Shown one piece after another: positions 37,530 through 47,777 of a DNA stretch of 64,000 bases. Where the stretch lies: assembly GCA_965198115.1 (NCBI GenBank), contig OZ240241.1, positions 3,008,001 through 3,072,000 of the forward strand, given 5' to 3'. The notes below the pieces were generated by a model, which did not search any database, was not told the origin of the DNA, and saw nothing but the letters and a program-made list of their open reading frames with translations. How positions within the stretch are numbered: the stretch's first letter is position 1; every line of letters begins with the position of its first letter. The translations under genes were made by a program, and so were the position numbers. The stretch is from Candidatus Latescibacterota bacterium (GTDB lineage: Bacteria; Latescibacterota; UBA2968).

Positions 37530-37835
37530 TCAGTCGCCGGTTACGTCGACCAGATTGCCGGTTTCGCCAGGCTGATCGTTCGAATTCGTATCGCGTGTCT
37601 GCTCCTGTTCTTCCCGGAGCTGATCGGCCTGATCGGCCGTGGCGCCACGTTCGGGCTGCGCGGGTGCCGGTCTGTCGGTTTGTGCTTGTCGTGCGGCGGC
37701 CGAGATTTCGACCCGATCGGCACTGGCCGCCTCTGGGCGCGCGGCTTCGGCCGGTTCCTCCGCGCGATCGGCCCGGGGGGTATCTGGACGGGCCACTTCC
37801 GGTCGGGCAACTTGCCCGTCGACTCTGTTCGGCAT
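37530..37835 (-). CDS. Small disordered protein with FlgM-like DRVEIS motif and C-terminal GNLVDV motif
   Basis: Strong RBS AAGGAGG before ATG, own terminator, 101 aa hydrophilic. Confidence 0.65.
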   Translation of the reverse strand: MPNRVDGQVARPEVARPDTPRADRAEEPAEAARPEAASADRVEISAAARQAQTDRPAPAQPERGATADQADQLREEQEQTRDTNSNDQPGETGNLVDVTGD

Positions 37836-37956
37836 CGCTACCTCCTTGCAGGTGGAATCGAGACGCTTCCGTGCTCGATGAACACCTTGACACCTTCTTG
37901 GTGCTGCTGATAACTTAGCGAACAACTCTAGCCAATACAACCACTTTTACGAATTC

Positions 37957-39435
37957 TTGGCCTCTACTCAAGACTACCTTGCCATCGATCTGGGCGCGTC
38001 CAGCGGGCGTTCTCTGCTCGGGCGGTTCGACGGCCGATCGATTCATCTCGAAGAGACTCACCGGTTCCATAACAGGGGCTTACCCGTAGGAAACGCCCTC
38101 TACTGGGACTTTCTGGGCCTGTATGGCGAGGTCCTCACAGGCATCCGAAAGAGTGCCGAAAAAGGTGCTCTCACCTCGATCGGAATCGACACGTGGGGGG
38201 TCGATTTCGGCCTCCTGGACAAGAACGACGAGATCCTCGCGAGTCCCCGCTGCTATCGGGATCCCCGGACTCAGAGTACCATGGACGCCCTGTCCGAGGT
38301 CGTCCCGCGGGACCGTGTTTTCGACCAAACCGGCATCCAGTTCCTCGAGATCAACACGCTCTTCCAGCTCTATGCGATGGTTTGCGAGGGGTCCCCGCAA
38401 CTAGACATCGCGAAAACCTTCCTGACCGTCCCCGATCTGTTCAATTTTATGCTGACCGGCCAAAAGGTCTGCGAGTTCACGAACGCGACCACCACGCAGT
38501 GTTACAACCCTCGGGAACGTCGCTGGGCCACGGAGTTGCTCGACGCGCTTTCGATTCCGACGGGCATGCTGCCCGACATCGTGCCCCCGGGTACACGGCT
38601 CGGCCCTCTTCTCGACGTGGTATCCGAAGAAACCGGTGCGGGACCCGTCGACGTCATTGCCCCTGCGTGTCACGACACGGGATCGGCCGTGGCGGCCGCG
38701 CCCCTGACATCACCCGACGCACTCTACATCTCGTGCGGAACGTGGGCGCTCATGGGCGCCGAGCTTCTAAAGCCCACCATCACCCCGGCCGCGCTCGAAC
38801 ACAATTTCACGAACGAGGGCGGTGTCTGCGACACTTTCCGCTTCCTAAAGAACATTGTGGGTCTCTGGATCATCCAGGAATGTAAGCGGACGTGGGACCT
38901 GGCCGGCAAGGTCTACGACTTCGGTACGCTCACGGAGTTGGCACGATCCTCATCGCCCTTCGTCAGCTTTATCGATCCCGACCACGGCGATTTCGTCGCG
39001 CCCGGCGACATGCCCTCACGGATTCGTGCTTTTTGCGAAAGGACCGGCCAAAGGTCCCCTGAAGACGAGGGCGCGGTCATTCGGTGCGCGCTGGAATCCC
39101 TCGCGCTGAAGGCGCGACACGTCCTCGGACAACTTCGCACAACGTTGGGACGGACCTTCGACACGATCCACATTGTGGGTGGCGGAATCCAGAACACGTT
39201 GCTGTGTCAGCTCACGGCCGATGCCACGGGATGCGAGGTGCTCGCGGGCCCGGTCGAAGCCACGGCGATGGGGAACATCCTGGTACAGGCCATGGCATCG
39301 GGCGAAATCGAATCCCTCGACGAGGCGCGTCAGGTTGTTCGCGAATCGATCGAGATCGCCACTTACACACCCGCCGACCGTGATGCTTGGGATGAAGCGT
39401 ATGGTCGGTTTCAGGATCTGATTGAACCTTCGTAA
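37957..39435 (+). CDS. rhaB: Rhamnulokinase (FGGY family)
   Basis: AIDLGASSGR, GIDTWGVDFGLLD, HDTGSAV, NFTNEGG, FLKNIVGLWIIQEC, AGPVEATAMGN. Confidence 0.9.
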   Translation: MASTQDYLAIDLGASSGRSLLGRFDGRSIHLEETHRFHNRGLPVGNALYWDFLGLYGEVLTGIRKSAEKGALTSIGIDTWGVDFGLLDKNDEILASPRCYRDPRTQSTMDALSEVVPRDRVFDQTGIQFLEINTLFQLYAMVCEGSPQLDIAKTFLTVPDLFNFMLTGQKVCEFTNATTTQCYNPRERRWATELLDALSIPTGMLPDIVPPGTRLGPLLDVVSEETGAGPVDVIAPACHDTGSAVAAAPLTSPDALYISCGTWALMGAELLKPTITPAALEHNFTNEGGVCDTFRFLKNIVGLWIIQECKRTWDLAGKVYDFGTLTELARSSSPFVSFIDPDHGDFVAPGDMPSRIRAFCERTGQRSPEDEGAVIRCALESLALKARHVLGQLRTTLGRTFDTIHIVGGGIQNTLLCQLTADATGCEVLAGPVEATAMGNILVQAMASGEIESLDEARQVVRESIEIATYTPADRDAWDEAYGRFQDLIEPS

Positions 39436-39453
39436 AACGCACACGGAATGGTG

Positions 39454-39480
39454 TCCCCGTGCAGAGCACGGGGATGAGCG
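39454..39480 (+). repeat. REP-like palindrome family A (may act as the rhaB terminator)
   Basis: TCCCCGTGC-AGA-GCACGGGGA-TGAGC, similar to 17833-17860. Confidence 0.6.
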
Positions 39481-39579
39481 TGCTGCGTTGTCTTTCCAAA
39501 TTTAGTAATGCGCTCGCTCGCCCCTGGGCTCTGCCCGGGGGCGCGGGTTTGGTTCCGAATAGGAGCGAGCGAAAAGAAT

Positions 39580-40284
39580 ATGAAACCAACGACCATCGCG
39601 AAAACGCTCTCGCGTGAGGCAGGTGCCCTGTCCTTCGGGCCGCCTGTTACGCACGTATACAATCCGCTGGACTATGCGTGGGGTGCACATAGGGCTTACC
39701 TCGATCGGTACTGCAATCCCGACGCTACCGTTTTATTGTTGGGCATGAATCCTGGACCGTGGGGCATGGTGCAGACGGGTGTGCCGTTCGGCGAAGTCGA
39801 ACTCGTACGCGATTGGATGGACATCACGTCAGGCGTGAAGCGTCCTTCTTCCGAACATCCCAAACGCCCGATCGACGGTTTCGAATGCCACCGAAGCGAA
39901 GTCAGTGGTCGGCGCCTCTGGGGATGGGCGCGTGATCGCTTCGGCTCGCCCGGCGCATTCTTCGATCGATTCTTCGTCTGGAACTTCTGTCCCCTCGCCT
40001 TCCTGGAAGAGGGAGGACGAAATCGCACGCCGGATAAACTGTCATCCGAGGAGCGAGATTGCCTCTTCGAGATCTGCGACCGAGCTCTCGCCCGGATCGT
40101 CGAATACGTTTCACCTGAATGGGTTCTAGGCGTCGGAAAGTTCGCAGAGGGGCGTGCGAAGATGGCGCTTCCTGACAACACCCGGATCGGGACGATTCTA
40201 CATCCGAGCCCTGCGAGTCCGATTGCCAATCGAGGATGGGCCGAGCAGGCGGAAAAACAGTTAAAACAATTGAAAATTATGTAA
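39580..40284 (+). CDS. SMUG1-like uracil-DNA glycosylase (UDG family 3)
   Basis: GMNPGPWGMVQTGVPFG, RSEVSGRRLW, NFCPL, HPSPASP. Confidence 0.9.
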   Translation: MKPTTIAKTLSREAGALSFGPPVTHVYNPLDYAWGAHRAYLDRYCNPDATVLLLGMNPGPWGMVQTGVPFGEVELVRDWMDITSGVKRPSSEHPKRPIDGFECHRSEVSGRRLWGWARDRFGSPGAFFDRFFVWNFCPLAFLEEGGRNRTPDKLSSEERDCLFEICDRALARIVEYVSPEWVLGVGKFAEGRAKMALPDNTRIGTILHPSPASPIANRGWAEQAEKQLKQLKIM

Positions 40285-40323
40285 TTAAGGAACTACCAAA
40301 TCGGAAACTCCCCCCATGCCACG

Positions 40324-40560
40324 ATGGCTGGCGTCTGGCTCTATCGCGGCTTTCGTCACGACTTCGATGAAAAACAGCGTCTCGACACTACGCGCGTCGC
40401 ACGAACCGCGTGGCTCGCCTCCTTCCCCGTCCTCTTCGCGCTCTTCGCCTACCACTACCACCTGAGTGGGCCGTTTGCCCTCCTGTGGCTTCCTTCCTAC
40501 TGCTTCAGCACGCTTCTCATCTTCTCGCTCTCCGGAATCTACTACGACCGACGCGGATGA
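40324..40560 (+). CDS. Hypothetical small membrane protein
   Basis: Two hydrophobic segments, plausible codon usage; no recognised motif. Confidence 0.4.
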   Translation: MAGVWLYRGFRHDFDEKQRLDTTRVARTAWLASFPVLFALFAYHYHLSGPFALLWLPSYCFSTLLIFSLSGIYYDRRG

Positions 40561-40679
40561 GACGCAGGCCGACACGTCTGACCTGATCGTTTTCCACTGT
40601 GACGGTCCACCCTCTCATTTATCTTTAGCTTCTGCCATCGAACTACCGTGCGGTGTACCCACAGGAGAGGTGTGTTTAC

Positions 40680-41114
40680 GTGGAAGGTCTGGAAGATCAC
40701 ATCACTGAATATTGCAGCTCCGAGCACTTCTTCTTGCTCGATGACGCGCTGAAACCCCAAGCTGAGGACCTCTTGACCCACTTCTGCGATGGCACAGACG
40801 ACGGTCTGACGAACCAGAGCATCCTAAACGGTTTATCGGCCGTCGCGAACGCCGCCCTGCCGGCTGAGGTCAAGCGCGGCTTCCCTCGTCTTCTGAAGGG
40901 CTACGTCGAGTATCTTGCCGCCACGAGCCACGTGCCCGACCCGGAAGCCTGCACGGATTTCATTCAGGGTGCCGAAACCACCTATATCGCATCCATCCGT
41001 GACGACGGAAGCGTCAAGGGTGAGACCGTTCGCAACCGCCATACGGCTGTAGGCCGAAACGAGCCGTGCCCGTGTGGGTCCGGCAGGAAGTTCAAGAAGT
41101 GTTGCGGTAGATAG
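40680..41114 (+). CDS. SEC-C motif domain protein
   Basis: C-terminal VGRNEPCPCGSGRKFKKCC. Confidence 0.85.
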   Translation: MEGLEDHITEYCSSEHFFLLDDALKPQAEDLLTHFCDGTDDGLTNQSILNGLSAVANAALPAEVKRGFPRLLKGYVEYLAATSHVPDPEACTDFIQGAETTYIASIRDDGSVKGETVRNRHTAVGRNEPCPCGSGRKFKKCCGR

Positions 41115-41131
41115 CAACGCAGAGATCCTCG

Positions 41132-43063
41132 ATGGCCCTGGCAACCGACCCTCAAACAGACCCCACACCCGGGCGATCGTCCGTCAACGTCTTCTCGCTG
41201 ACGGTCGGGTCGCTTCTCTGCATCTTCGCGACCACATCTGGCACCTTCTCTCGCTACGTCTGGGAGTCGGGCGCACCCGATAACGTCCACCTGACCTACA
41301 CCGTCGTCGCCCCAGTCTTCGTCCTCGTGGTCCTTCTGGCCAGATGGTTGAAACGAAGTCGAGGCGATTGGCTCGTGATCTTCACCATGGCGATGATCGG
41401 GGCCACCATGCCGACCTACTTGATCGGTAGAGGCATGGCGTTTATGGCGATCCCGCACTACGCCGCGTCACCGGAAAACCAGTGGCGCACGTACTTCCTC
41501 GACCAACTGCCAACGTGGGCGATCGTCCAGCCTGGAAACGCGCTCACTTGGTACTACGAGGGTCTCCCACCGGGCGTCGACATTCCATGGTCTCACTGGG
41601 TCGAGCCCTTGTTCTGGTGGGGAACAGTCATCGCGGCGTTTTACGGCATGTGTCTGGCGGTCGTGGTCGTGTTTCGAAAACAGTGGGTCGAGCACGAGCG
41701 GATTCGCTATCCGCTCATGGAAACGGCACTTGCGATCTCCGATCGAGATGACCGCAGCCGGTGGCCCATGGCCATGATGGCGACCCCTGTATTCTGGGCC
41801 GGTTTCGGCGTGTCGTTTCTGATCATCGTCTGGAACGTGCTGGGCTGGTTCATTCCGAGCTTCACGCCGATCGAGTACATCATCGGCGAGATCAAATTCG
41901 GCCCTATTTTCCCGATGATTCCCTTTCGGATGCAGCCCGTCGTCATCGGAATCACCTACTTCGCAAACCAGAACATCGCGTTCAGCCTGTGGTTCTTCAA
42001 TCTGGTCTCGATCTTCTTCATCGGGTTCCTCAACAGCATCGGGGTTACGGCCAATCCGATCATGTTCTACGGAGCACACCATTTCGCCACCGGGGCGATA
42101 ATGCAGGGTGCACTCATCAGCCTCGTCAGCTTCGTGATCTGGAATGGGCGTCGTCATCTCGCACTCGTCTTCCGCAAAGCGATCCACGGCGACCCGTCGA
42201 TCGACGATTCGGACGAGATGATGTCGTATCGATCCGCACTCGTGGGCTTCGTGATCTGCTTCTCGTATCTCTGTGCTTTCCAGTACGCGGTCGGGATGTC
42301 CCTCGCCTACGTCGCGATCTTCATGTCGGGTATGCTGATCCTTTTCATTGGTATGACGCGCATCCTTATCGAGTCGGGCGTCGTCACGCTGCGTGCCCCT
42401 CAATCCCCACAGGATCTGAGCATCTTCACGCTGGGTACGCACGGTCTGACACAGGCCAACTTGATCGGGATTGCCATGACCGGCATCTGGGTCGGTGACT
42501 TGAAGACCACGATCATGCCGGCGCTGGCACACTCGACCAAACTCCACGAAAGTATCGACCACGGTAAGCGAAAGCTCCTCTGGTCGATCCTCGTCGCCAT
42601 GATCGTCGGTGTCCTCGCGACGTTCGTTTGCACGCTCTACGTCCGATACACCCACGGCGGTCTCGAAACGCAAGCCTTCAAAGCCGCGCCCTGGGAGTAC
42701 CTCATTGCACATTCGCGGCAGCGGTCCGGTCCGTTATGGCCGGCCATACAGATGACCTCGTTCGGGATCGTCGTCACGGCGGTGCTGATCCTTCTCCGTT
42801 ACCGATACCCTCTCCTGCCTTTTCATCCGGTCGGGTTCGCGGCCGGACCGGCCTACCCCGTCAATTACATCGTGAGCAGCATCTTCGTCACGTGGACGAT
42901 CAAAGTCGGGCTGCAGAAATTCGGCGGTGGAAAACGCATCGAGGCCGCCAAGCCCTTCTTCATCGGATTGATCCTCGGCCACTTCTTCGGCATGCTCATC
43001 GGCCTCGGCATCGACCGCATCTGGTTTCCGATTCAGGGTCACCGCATCCCGATCGCCCCGTGA
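41132..43063 (+). CDS. Large polytopic membrane protein (DUF6785/DUF6784-like)
   Basis: Many TM helices; FRKQWVEHERIRYPL, PFHPVGF and KPFFIGLILG motifs that I associate with this family. Confidence 0.7.
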   Translation: MALATDPQTDPTPGRSSVNVFSLTVGSLLCIFATTSGTFSRYVWESGAPDNVHLTYTVVAPVFVLVVLLARWLKRSRGDWLVIFTMAMIGATMPTYLIGRGMAFMAIPHYAASPENQWRTYFLDQLPTWAIVQPGNALTWYYEGLPPGVDIPWSHWVEPLFWWGTVIAAFYGMCLAVVVVFRKQWVEHERIRYPLMETALAISDRDDRSRWPMAMMATPVFWAGFGVSFLIIVWNVLGWFIPSFTPIEYIIGEIKFGPIFPMIPFRMQPVVIGITYFANQNIAFSLWFFNLVSIFFIGFLNSIGVTANPIMFYGAHHFATGAIMQGALISLVSFVIWNGRRHLALVFRKAIHGDPSIDDSDEMMSYRSALVGFVICFSYLCAFQYAVGMSLAYVAIFMSGMLILFIGMTRILIESGVVTLRAPQSPQDLSIFTLGTHGLTQANLIGIAMTGIWVGDLKTTIMPALAHSTKLHESIDHGKRKLLWSILVAMIVGVLATFVCTLYVRYTHGGLETQAFKAAPWEYLIAHSRQRSGPLWPAIQMTSFGIVVTAVLILLRYRYPLLPFHPVGFAAGPAYPVNYIVSSIFVTWTIKVGLQKFGGGKRIEAAKPFFIGLILGHFFGMLIGLGIDRIWFPIQGHRIPIAP

Positions 43064-46000
43064 TGCGCACTCTCTTACGAACGTGTGTCTTTCTGCTCGG
43101 ATGTGCTCTCTTCACCGTGCTCCTCGCGGCTGACCCCGGGAGCCTGCTGGGCTGGCTCAGGGCCGGCAACGCCGTGACACAGGCGCGCTCGAACGGCCGA
43201 GAGTCGAGTCGCGTCCCTAGGGTGAAGGTCTCGAGAGCCCGGCTCCAGAAGACGATTCAAACGTTCGCGGCGCTCGGGTCGCGTGTTCCGGGCTACCCCG
43301 GTCACCGAACCGCCTACCTTAAGACGTGCGAAACCTTCGAATCCCTCGGATACGACGTTCAAGTCGACAGCTTCGACGTTGCAGTCCCGATCGACCACGG
43401 TGGCTCTTTGCGAGTCGTCGAGACCGGTGAGACGTATCCCATCCACGCCTTTTGGCCAAACCACGTTCAGCCACCGACGCTGCCCGAGGGCGGCGTCACG
43501 GGTCCGCTGGTCTACGGAGGCCGGGGAACGCTGGCCGAACTCGATGGACATTCTATCGAGGGCAGTGTCGTACTGCTCGACTTCGGTTGCGGCAAGAACT
43601 ACCTGCGTGTTCGGAGCCTGGGGGCCACCGCGCTCCTCTTCTACGACGACGGCAAGGTGACGCGGGCCGAAGCGGAAGACAAGATGTTGAACGTTCCCGC
43701 GGACGTCCCCCGATACTGGATTGGCCGGGATGCGGCATTGGCCTTGATCGAGTCTCCCTCCGTCGTACACGTCGACGCTCGAATGTCGTGGGAGGATGTC
43801 ACGGCGTGGAACATCATCGCACGCCCCCCAGACTCATCGTCGCAAACAACGTTGGTTCTCTCATCATTCTACGATGCAATCTCAGTTGTTCCCGCTCTGG
43901 CGCCAGGCGCCGAAAACGCCACAGGTCTGGCGGCGCTGTTCGAAATCGCGCGAGCTCTCGGCGCACGACAGACGCCCAACGAGATTATGTTCGTCGTGAA
44001 CGGAGCACACTTCCAGGCCCTGCGTGGAATCCGTGACTTCGTGTATCGTCACGCCCGCGGGAAATCTCGGGCGGGCTACGAGCCAACCGAGAATCCCGTC
44101 GACTTCGACTACTTTCTCGACGTCGATTTATCGAGTGAATCCCATCAGATTGCCGCCTTCCCGCACGGGACGTTCAATAATTCTAATTACGAGACCCGAC
44201 TCGAGGTAGTCGGCATGCTCGGCTACGTCTCAGGGCTGATGGCGTCCTACGCCGACAGCGTCTTCCCAGGGCAATCCCGACTGATCGACGCGGTGAATCT
44301 CGGAAGGAGAGACTGGAAGGATTACATGGCCAGCGACCTCGGTCTGGACTCTGAGGTCGTCATGCTCGTCGGCCGGAAGGGCATTGGACTCGCAACGGCG
44401 TGGGCCTCTCGAAGACGTGTCGACACACCCGCGGACCTGCCGGACCAGGTGAACCTAAACAACCTCCTCGCCCAGACGGAAGCCCTTGCAGAGGCCATCG
44501 TCATGGCTTTGATCGATCTGAGAGTCGGGGAGGGTCCCGACATTGCCATCACCGACCACGGTCGCTCGATCTCCGGTCAGATTCTGCGCTACGACCGCGA
44601 AGTCGACTTCGCACTCCCCCGCGTTCCCGTGTCAGGTGCGCTGATGACCTACTTCCCCAGGGGGATCGAAGACCCCCGATCGGGTGTTCGTGTCCTCGTC
44701 ACGGACCTAGCGACGGCAGGCCCGACCTACGAACTGAGACACGGCAGCGGACCCGGATTCGGAACCAGGGAAGAAGTGGATCGTGTAGGCCGTTTCAGAT
44801 TCGATATCAGCTATAATCAGTTCTTCAGCAACGCTACAAAACTCAGACTCATGGCCTACGATGTGGATGCGCGAGGTCAGATTACCTACGCTCCCGATTT
44901 TGGGTCGGAAAGCGACTTCCCCACGTGGGCGAACCACAAGAGTCCGTCGAATGAAGTCACGACGGTGCTATTTCCCGCCCGTTCACAGACCCTCATCGAG
45001 ACGATCGACCCCACTTATCTGAACCAGCTCAGTAACACGAAACTCTTGACGGAAGGGGATACGCCCCCCTACGAGTTCGCCTACTTTCCGATCACCAATA
45101 CGGACGATCACGGATCGGGCGAGAGCAGCGTGACCGTGACTTTCGCGCCCTGGAATGAAAAGCGAAACCGGGCACCCGCGCTCAAGGTCCTCATGAGCTC
45201 CGACTTTTTCGGACAGAAACTCCTTCTGCTCAACGCACCGGAGCGACTCCTCGATGAAAAGGTCGGTGTCTGGGAGATCGACGAAAAACTCGAGGCAGAA
45301 TCGCGCGGCAGCGGCTATGAGGCTGGCCTGATCGTTCGGCCATCCTACCAAGCCGCCCGCGACACGTGGATCCTCGACGAGATCCGACTCAAGCGGCTCA
45401 AACAGTACGGCGTCATCAACAATAGAGTCGATCATCTGCACGAAGAGGCCCGAGACGCTCTGCTGAATGCACGAGATCATCTCGCGAACTATAACTACTC
45501 GCGGTTTTTCGCTGAGACACGCCGGGCGTGGAGCCTGGAGGCCCGGGCCTATCCGGAAGTGATGGGCACTGCGACCGACACAGTCCGGGGCGTCATCTTT
45601 TACTTCATCCTGCTGCTTCCCTGTTCGCTTTTCTTCGAGCGCCTTCTCATCGGCGCCACGTCTACGAAGGGCAGACTGCTCGGCTTCGCGGGCTTCTTCT
45701 TCGCCTTCTTCCTGGCACTCCGGTTCATCCATCCGGCGTTCAAACTCACCAATTCACCCTACATCGTCTTCCTCGCCTTCGTTCTGTTCGCGCTTGGCGT
45801 TGGCGCCGCCATCATCATCCTGTCCAAGTTCGGCAAGGAGACGGTCAGACTGCGCCAGGAGGAGACCGGTGTCATCGAGGACGACGTCGGACGGCTCAGC
45901 GTCACGTGGACGGCAATCACACTGGGCGTGTCGAATCTCCGAAAGCGCCCCCTGCGCACGGCGCTGACCATCACCACACTCACTCTTCTCACCTTTACGT

Positions 46001-47691
46001 CCCTGTCGCTGACATCGGTGCAAACGTCCATCAGCTACTTCAGGCTCCCCATCGACAACAAGCCGGAATACGACGGGATGCTCATTCGCGATCGAGCCTG
46101 GCTTCAGCTCGATGAGCCGGTTTACGACTATCTATCGAGCGAATTCGCCGACCGAGCGACGATCGCACCGCGAGTGTGGCTGACCACCCGGGTCCTGGGG
46201 AAGTTGGCCTTCCACGACTTCCCCACATTCGTCGATGGGATTCAGACCGAGCAAAGCAGCTATGTTCACGGTCTTCTCGGACTCAGCGTCCTCGAGCCCA
46301 AGATCACGGGTATCGATCGGTTTCTCGTGGCAGGTGCCTGGTTCGATGACGATCGCGAAGCGTCGTGTATCCTGCCCGGTGACCTTGCGGACATCGTGGG
46401 TATCGACTATCGCCATCTCGGTCGTGCGGAAATCCAGCTGATGGGCAGGAGACTCAAGATCGTAGGGATTGTCGATTCTGACAGCCTGAACGCCTTCAGG
46501 GACCTGGATGGAGAGCGAATGACGCCGCTGCGAATGGACTTCGAGCGTGCGGAGAACGCAACCGACCAAATGCACGACCCGCGGGGCGAAGCGTCGAACG
46601 AGATCGAGCACGCCGCCCACTTTGAAGTGACCAACACGCTCATCGTACCGATCGGGCTCGCGAAGGAACTGGGAGGCGAAATCTACAGCGTGGCGGTGGG
46701 ACGTTTTAATGCGCCGGAAGGGGACGTGGTCGACCTCCGAAAGGAAGCGGAATCGTTCCTCAAGCGGGTCTCGATCACGGCTTTTCTGGGAGAGGGCGAT
46801 CGTGTCGTGGCTTACAGCTCGATGGGCACGATCGGCCTGTCGGGCATTGGCAATCTCTTCCTACCGATCCTTCTGGCGGCGCTGATCGTCCTCAACACGA
46901 TGCTCGGCGCGGTCTACGAACGAACCCGGGAGATCGCCGTCTACACCTCCGTTGGCCTCGCGCCCAACCACGTTGGAGCCCTCTTCATAGCGGAAGCCTC
47001 GGTCTACGCGACCGTGGCGGCCGTACTCGGCTACCTCATCGGACAGGCCGCAGTCGTTGCCCTCACGGCAACGGAGATCGGTCTGGGCGGACTCGAAGTA
47101 AACTACTCTTCACTGGCGGTCGTGTGGGTCACACTCGTCGTGATGAGCACGACCTTCGCGTCGACGATCTATCCGGCCCGGCAGGCATCCAACCTCGCCG
47201 TACCCGACGTGACTCGTCAGTGGGATCTCCCTGACCCGGATGGCGATCGACTGACCTTCCCGTTTCCTTTCACCGTAGGACGAGACGATGTGCTCAGCCT
47301 GACGACCTATCTCGTACGGATCTTCGAGTCCTACGAGGAAGGAACCGCGACGGCTTTCGAGGTCGCCCGCCTCGATTTTCGCGAACGATCACACGCCGAC
47401 AACGATCCCAGCTACTCAGTCGGCCTCACCGCTTGGCTCCCACCCTACGATTTCGGAATCAGCCAGGACGTGGAGATGCGCATCGTTCCGTCAGAGGATG
47501 GTCATCACCTCTACAACATCGATGTCCAGATCGATCGCCTGAGTGGCGACCACGGACTGTGGCTTCACGCGAACCGGGCTTTTCTCAACGCCGTTCGTAA
47601 ACAGTTCCTCGTCTGGCGAACCGCCTCGACGGAAGAGAAAGCACGGTATTCCCGCGAAGGCCGAGAGATGCTGGACGTCCAGCCCGCCTGA
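43063..47691 (+). CDS. ~1542-aa fusion of a degenerate M28-peptidase/PA-like domain and an FtsX-like permease
   Basis: ATG overlaps the upstream stop. SRVPGYPG, YDAISVVPALAPGAEN..GLAALFEIA, central TM block, NLRKRPLRTALT, AVYERTREIAVYTSVGL FtsX motif. Confidence 0.78.
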   Translation: MRTLLRTCVFLLGCALFTVLLAADPGSLLGWLRAGNAVTQARSNGRESSRVPRVKVSRARLQKTIQTFAALGSRVPGYPGHRTAYLKTCETFESLGYDVQVDSFDVAVPIDHGGSLRVVETGETYPIHAFWPNHVQPPTLPEGGVTGPLVYGGRGTLAELDGHSIEGSVVLLDFGCGKNYLRVRSLGATALLFYDDGKVTRAEAEDKMLNVPADVPRYWIGRDAALALIESPSVVHVDARMSWEDVTAWNIIARPPDSSSQTTLVLSSFYDAISVVPALAPGAENATGLAALFEIARALGARQTPNEIMFVVNGAHFQALRGIRDFVYRHARGKSRAGYEPTENPVDFDYFLDVDLSSESHQIAAFPHGTFNNSNYETRLEVVGMLGYVSGLMASYADSVFPGQSRLIDAVNLGRRDWKDYMASDLGLDSEVVMLVGRKGIGLATAWASRRRVDTPADLPDQVNLNNLLAQTEALAEAIVMALIDLRVGEGPDIAITDHGRSISGQILRYDREVDFALPRVPVSGALMTYFPRGIEDPRSGVRVLVTDLATAGPTYELRHGSGPGFGTREEVDRVGRFRFDISYNQFFSNATKLRLMAYDVDARGQITYAPDFGSESDFPTWANHKSPSNEVTTVLFPARSQTLIETIDPTYLNQLSNTKLLTEGDTPPYEFAYFPITNTDDHGSGESSVTVTFAPWNEKRNRAPALKVLMSSDFFGQKLLLLNAPERLLDEKVGVWEIDEKLEAESRGSGYEAGLIVRPSYQAARDTWILDEIRLKRLKQYGVINNRVDHLHEEARDALLNARDHLANYNYSRFFAETRRAWSLEARAYPEVMGTATDTVRGVIFYFILLLPCSLFFERLLIGATSTKGRLLGFAGFFFAFFLALRFIHPAFKLTNSPYIVFLAFVLFALGVGAAIIILSKFGKETVRLRQEETGVIEDDVGRLSVTWTAITLGVSNLRKRPLRTALTITTLTLLTFTSLSLTSVQTSISYFRLPIDNKPEYDGMLIRDRAWLQLDEPVYDYLSSEFADRATIAPRVWLTTRVLGKLAFHDFPTFVDGIQTEQSSYVHGLLGLSVLEPKITGIDRFLVAGAWFDDDREASCILPGDLADIVGIDYRHLGRAEIQLMGRRLKIVGIVDSDSLNAFRDLDGERMTPLRMDFERAENATDQMHDPRGEASNEIEHAAHFEVTNTLIVPIGLAKELGGEIYSVAVGRFNAPEGDVVDLRKEAESFLKRVSITAFLGEGDRVVAYSSMGTIGLSGIGNLFLPILLAALIVLNTMLGAVYERTREIAVYTSVGLAPNHVGALFIAEASVYATVAAVLGYLIGQAAVVALTATEIGLGGLEVNYSSLAVVWVTLVVMSTTFASTIYPARQASNLAVPDVTRQWDLPDPDGDRLTFPFPFTVGRDDVLSLTTYLVRIFESYEEGTATAFEVARLDFRERSHADNDPSYSVGLTAWLPPYDFGISQDVEMRIVPSEDGHHLYNIDVQIDRLSGDHGLWLHANRAFLNAVRKQFLVWRTASTEEKARYSREGREMLDVQPA

Positions 47692-47713
47692 CTCGCCCAC
47701 TGCCTGAATGGCT

Positions 47714-47741
47714 GCAAAAGTGGCCCCGGGGCCACTTTTGC
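47714..47741. terminator. Perfect 28-bp palindrome between convergent genes
   Basis: GCAAAAGTGGCCCC|GGGGCCACTTTTGC with A/T tracts on both arms. Confidence 0.75.
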
Positions 47742-47777
47742 TGCACACACTCACCGCACGGCCCCCCACAAATCGGT

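Noticed and set aside
41468-42712. Long antisense ORFs (also 15017-16006, 29269-30252, 51284-52258, 62898-63839 and others)
   Set aside because: They are shadows of well-supported genes on the opposite strand, as expected in high-GC DNA, and carry no recognisable motifs.
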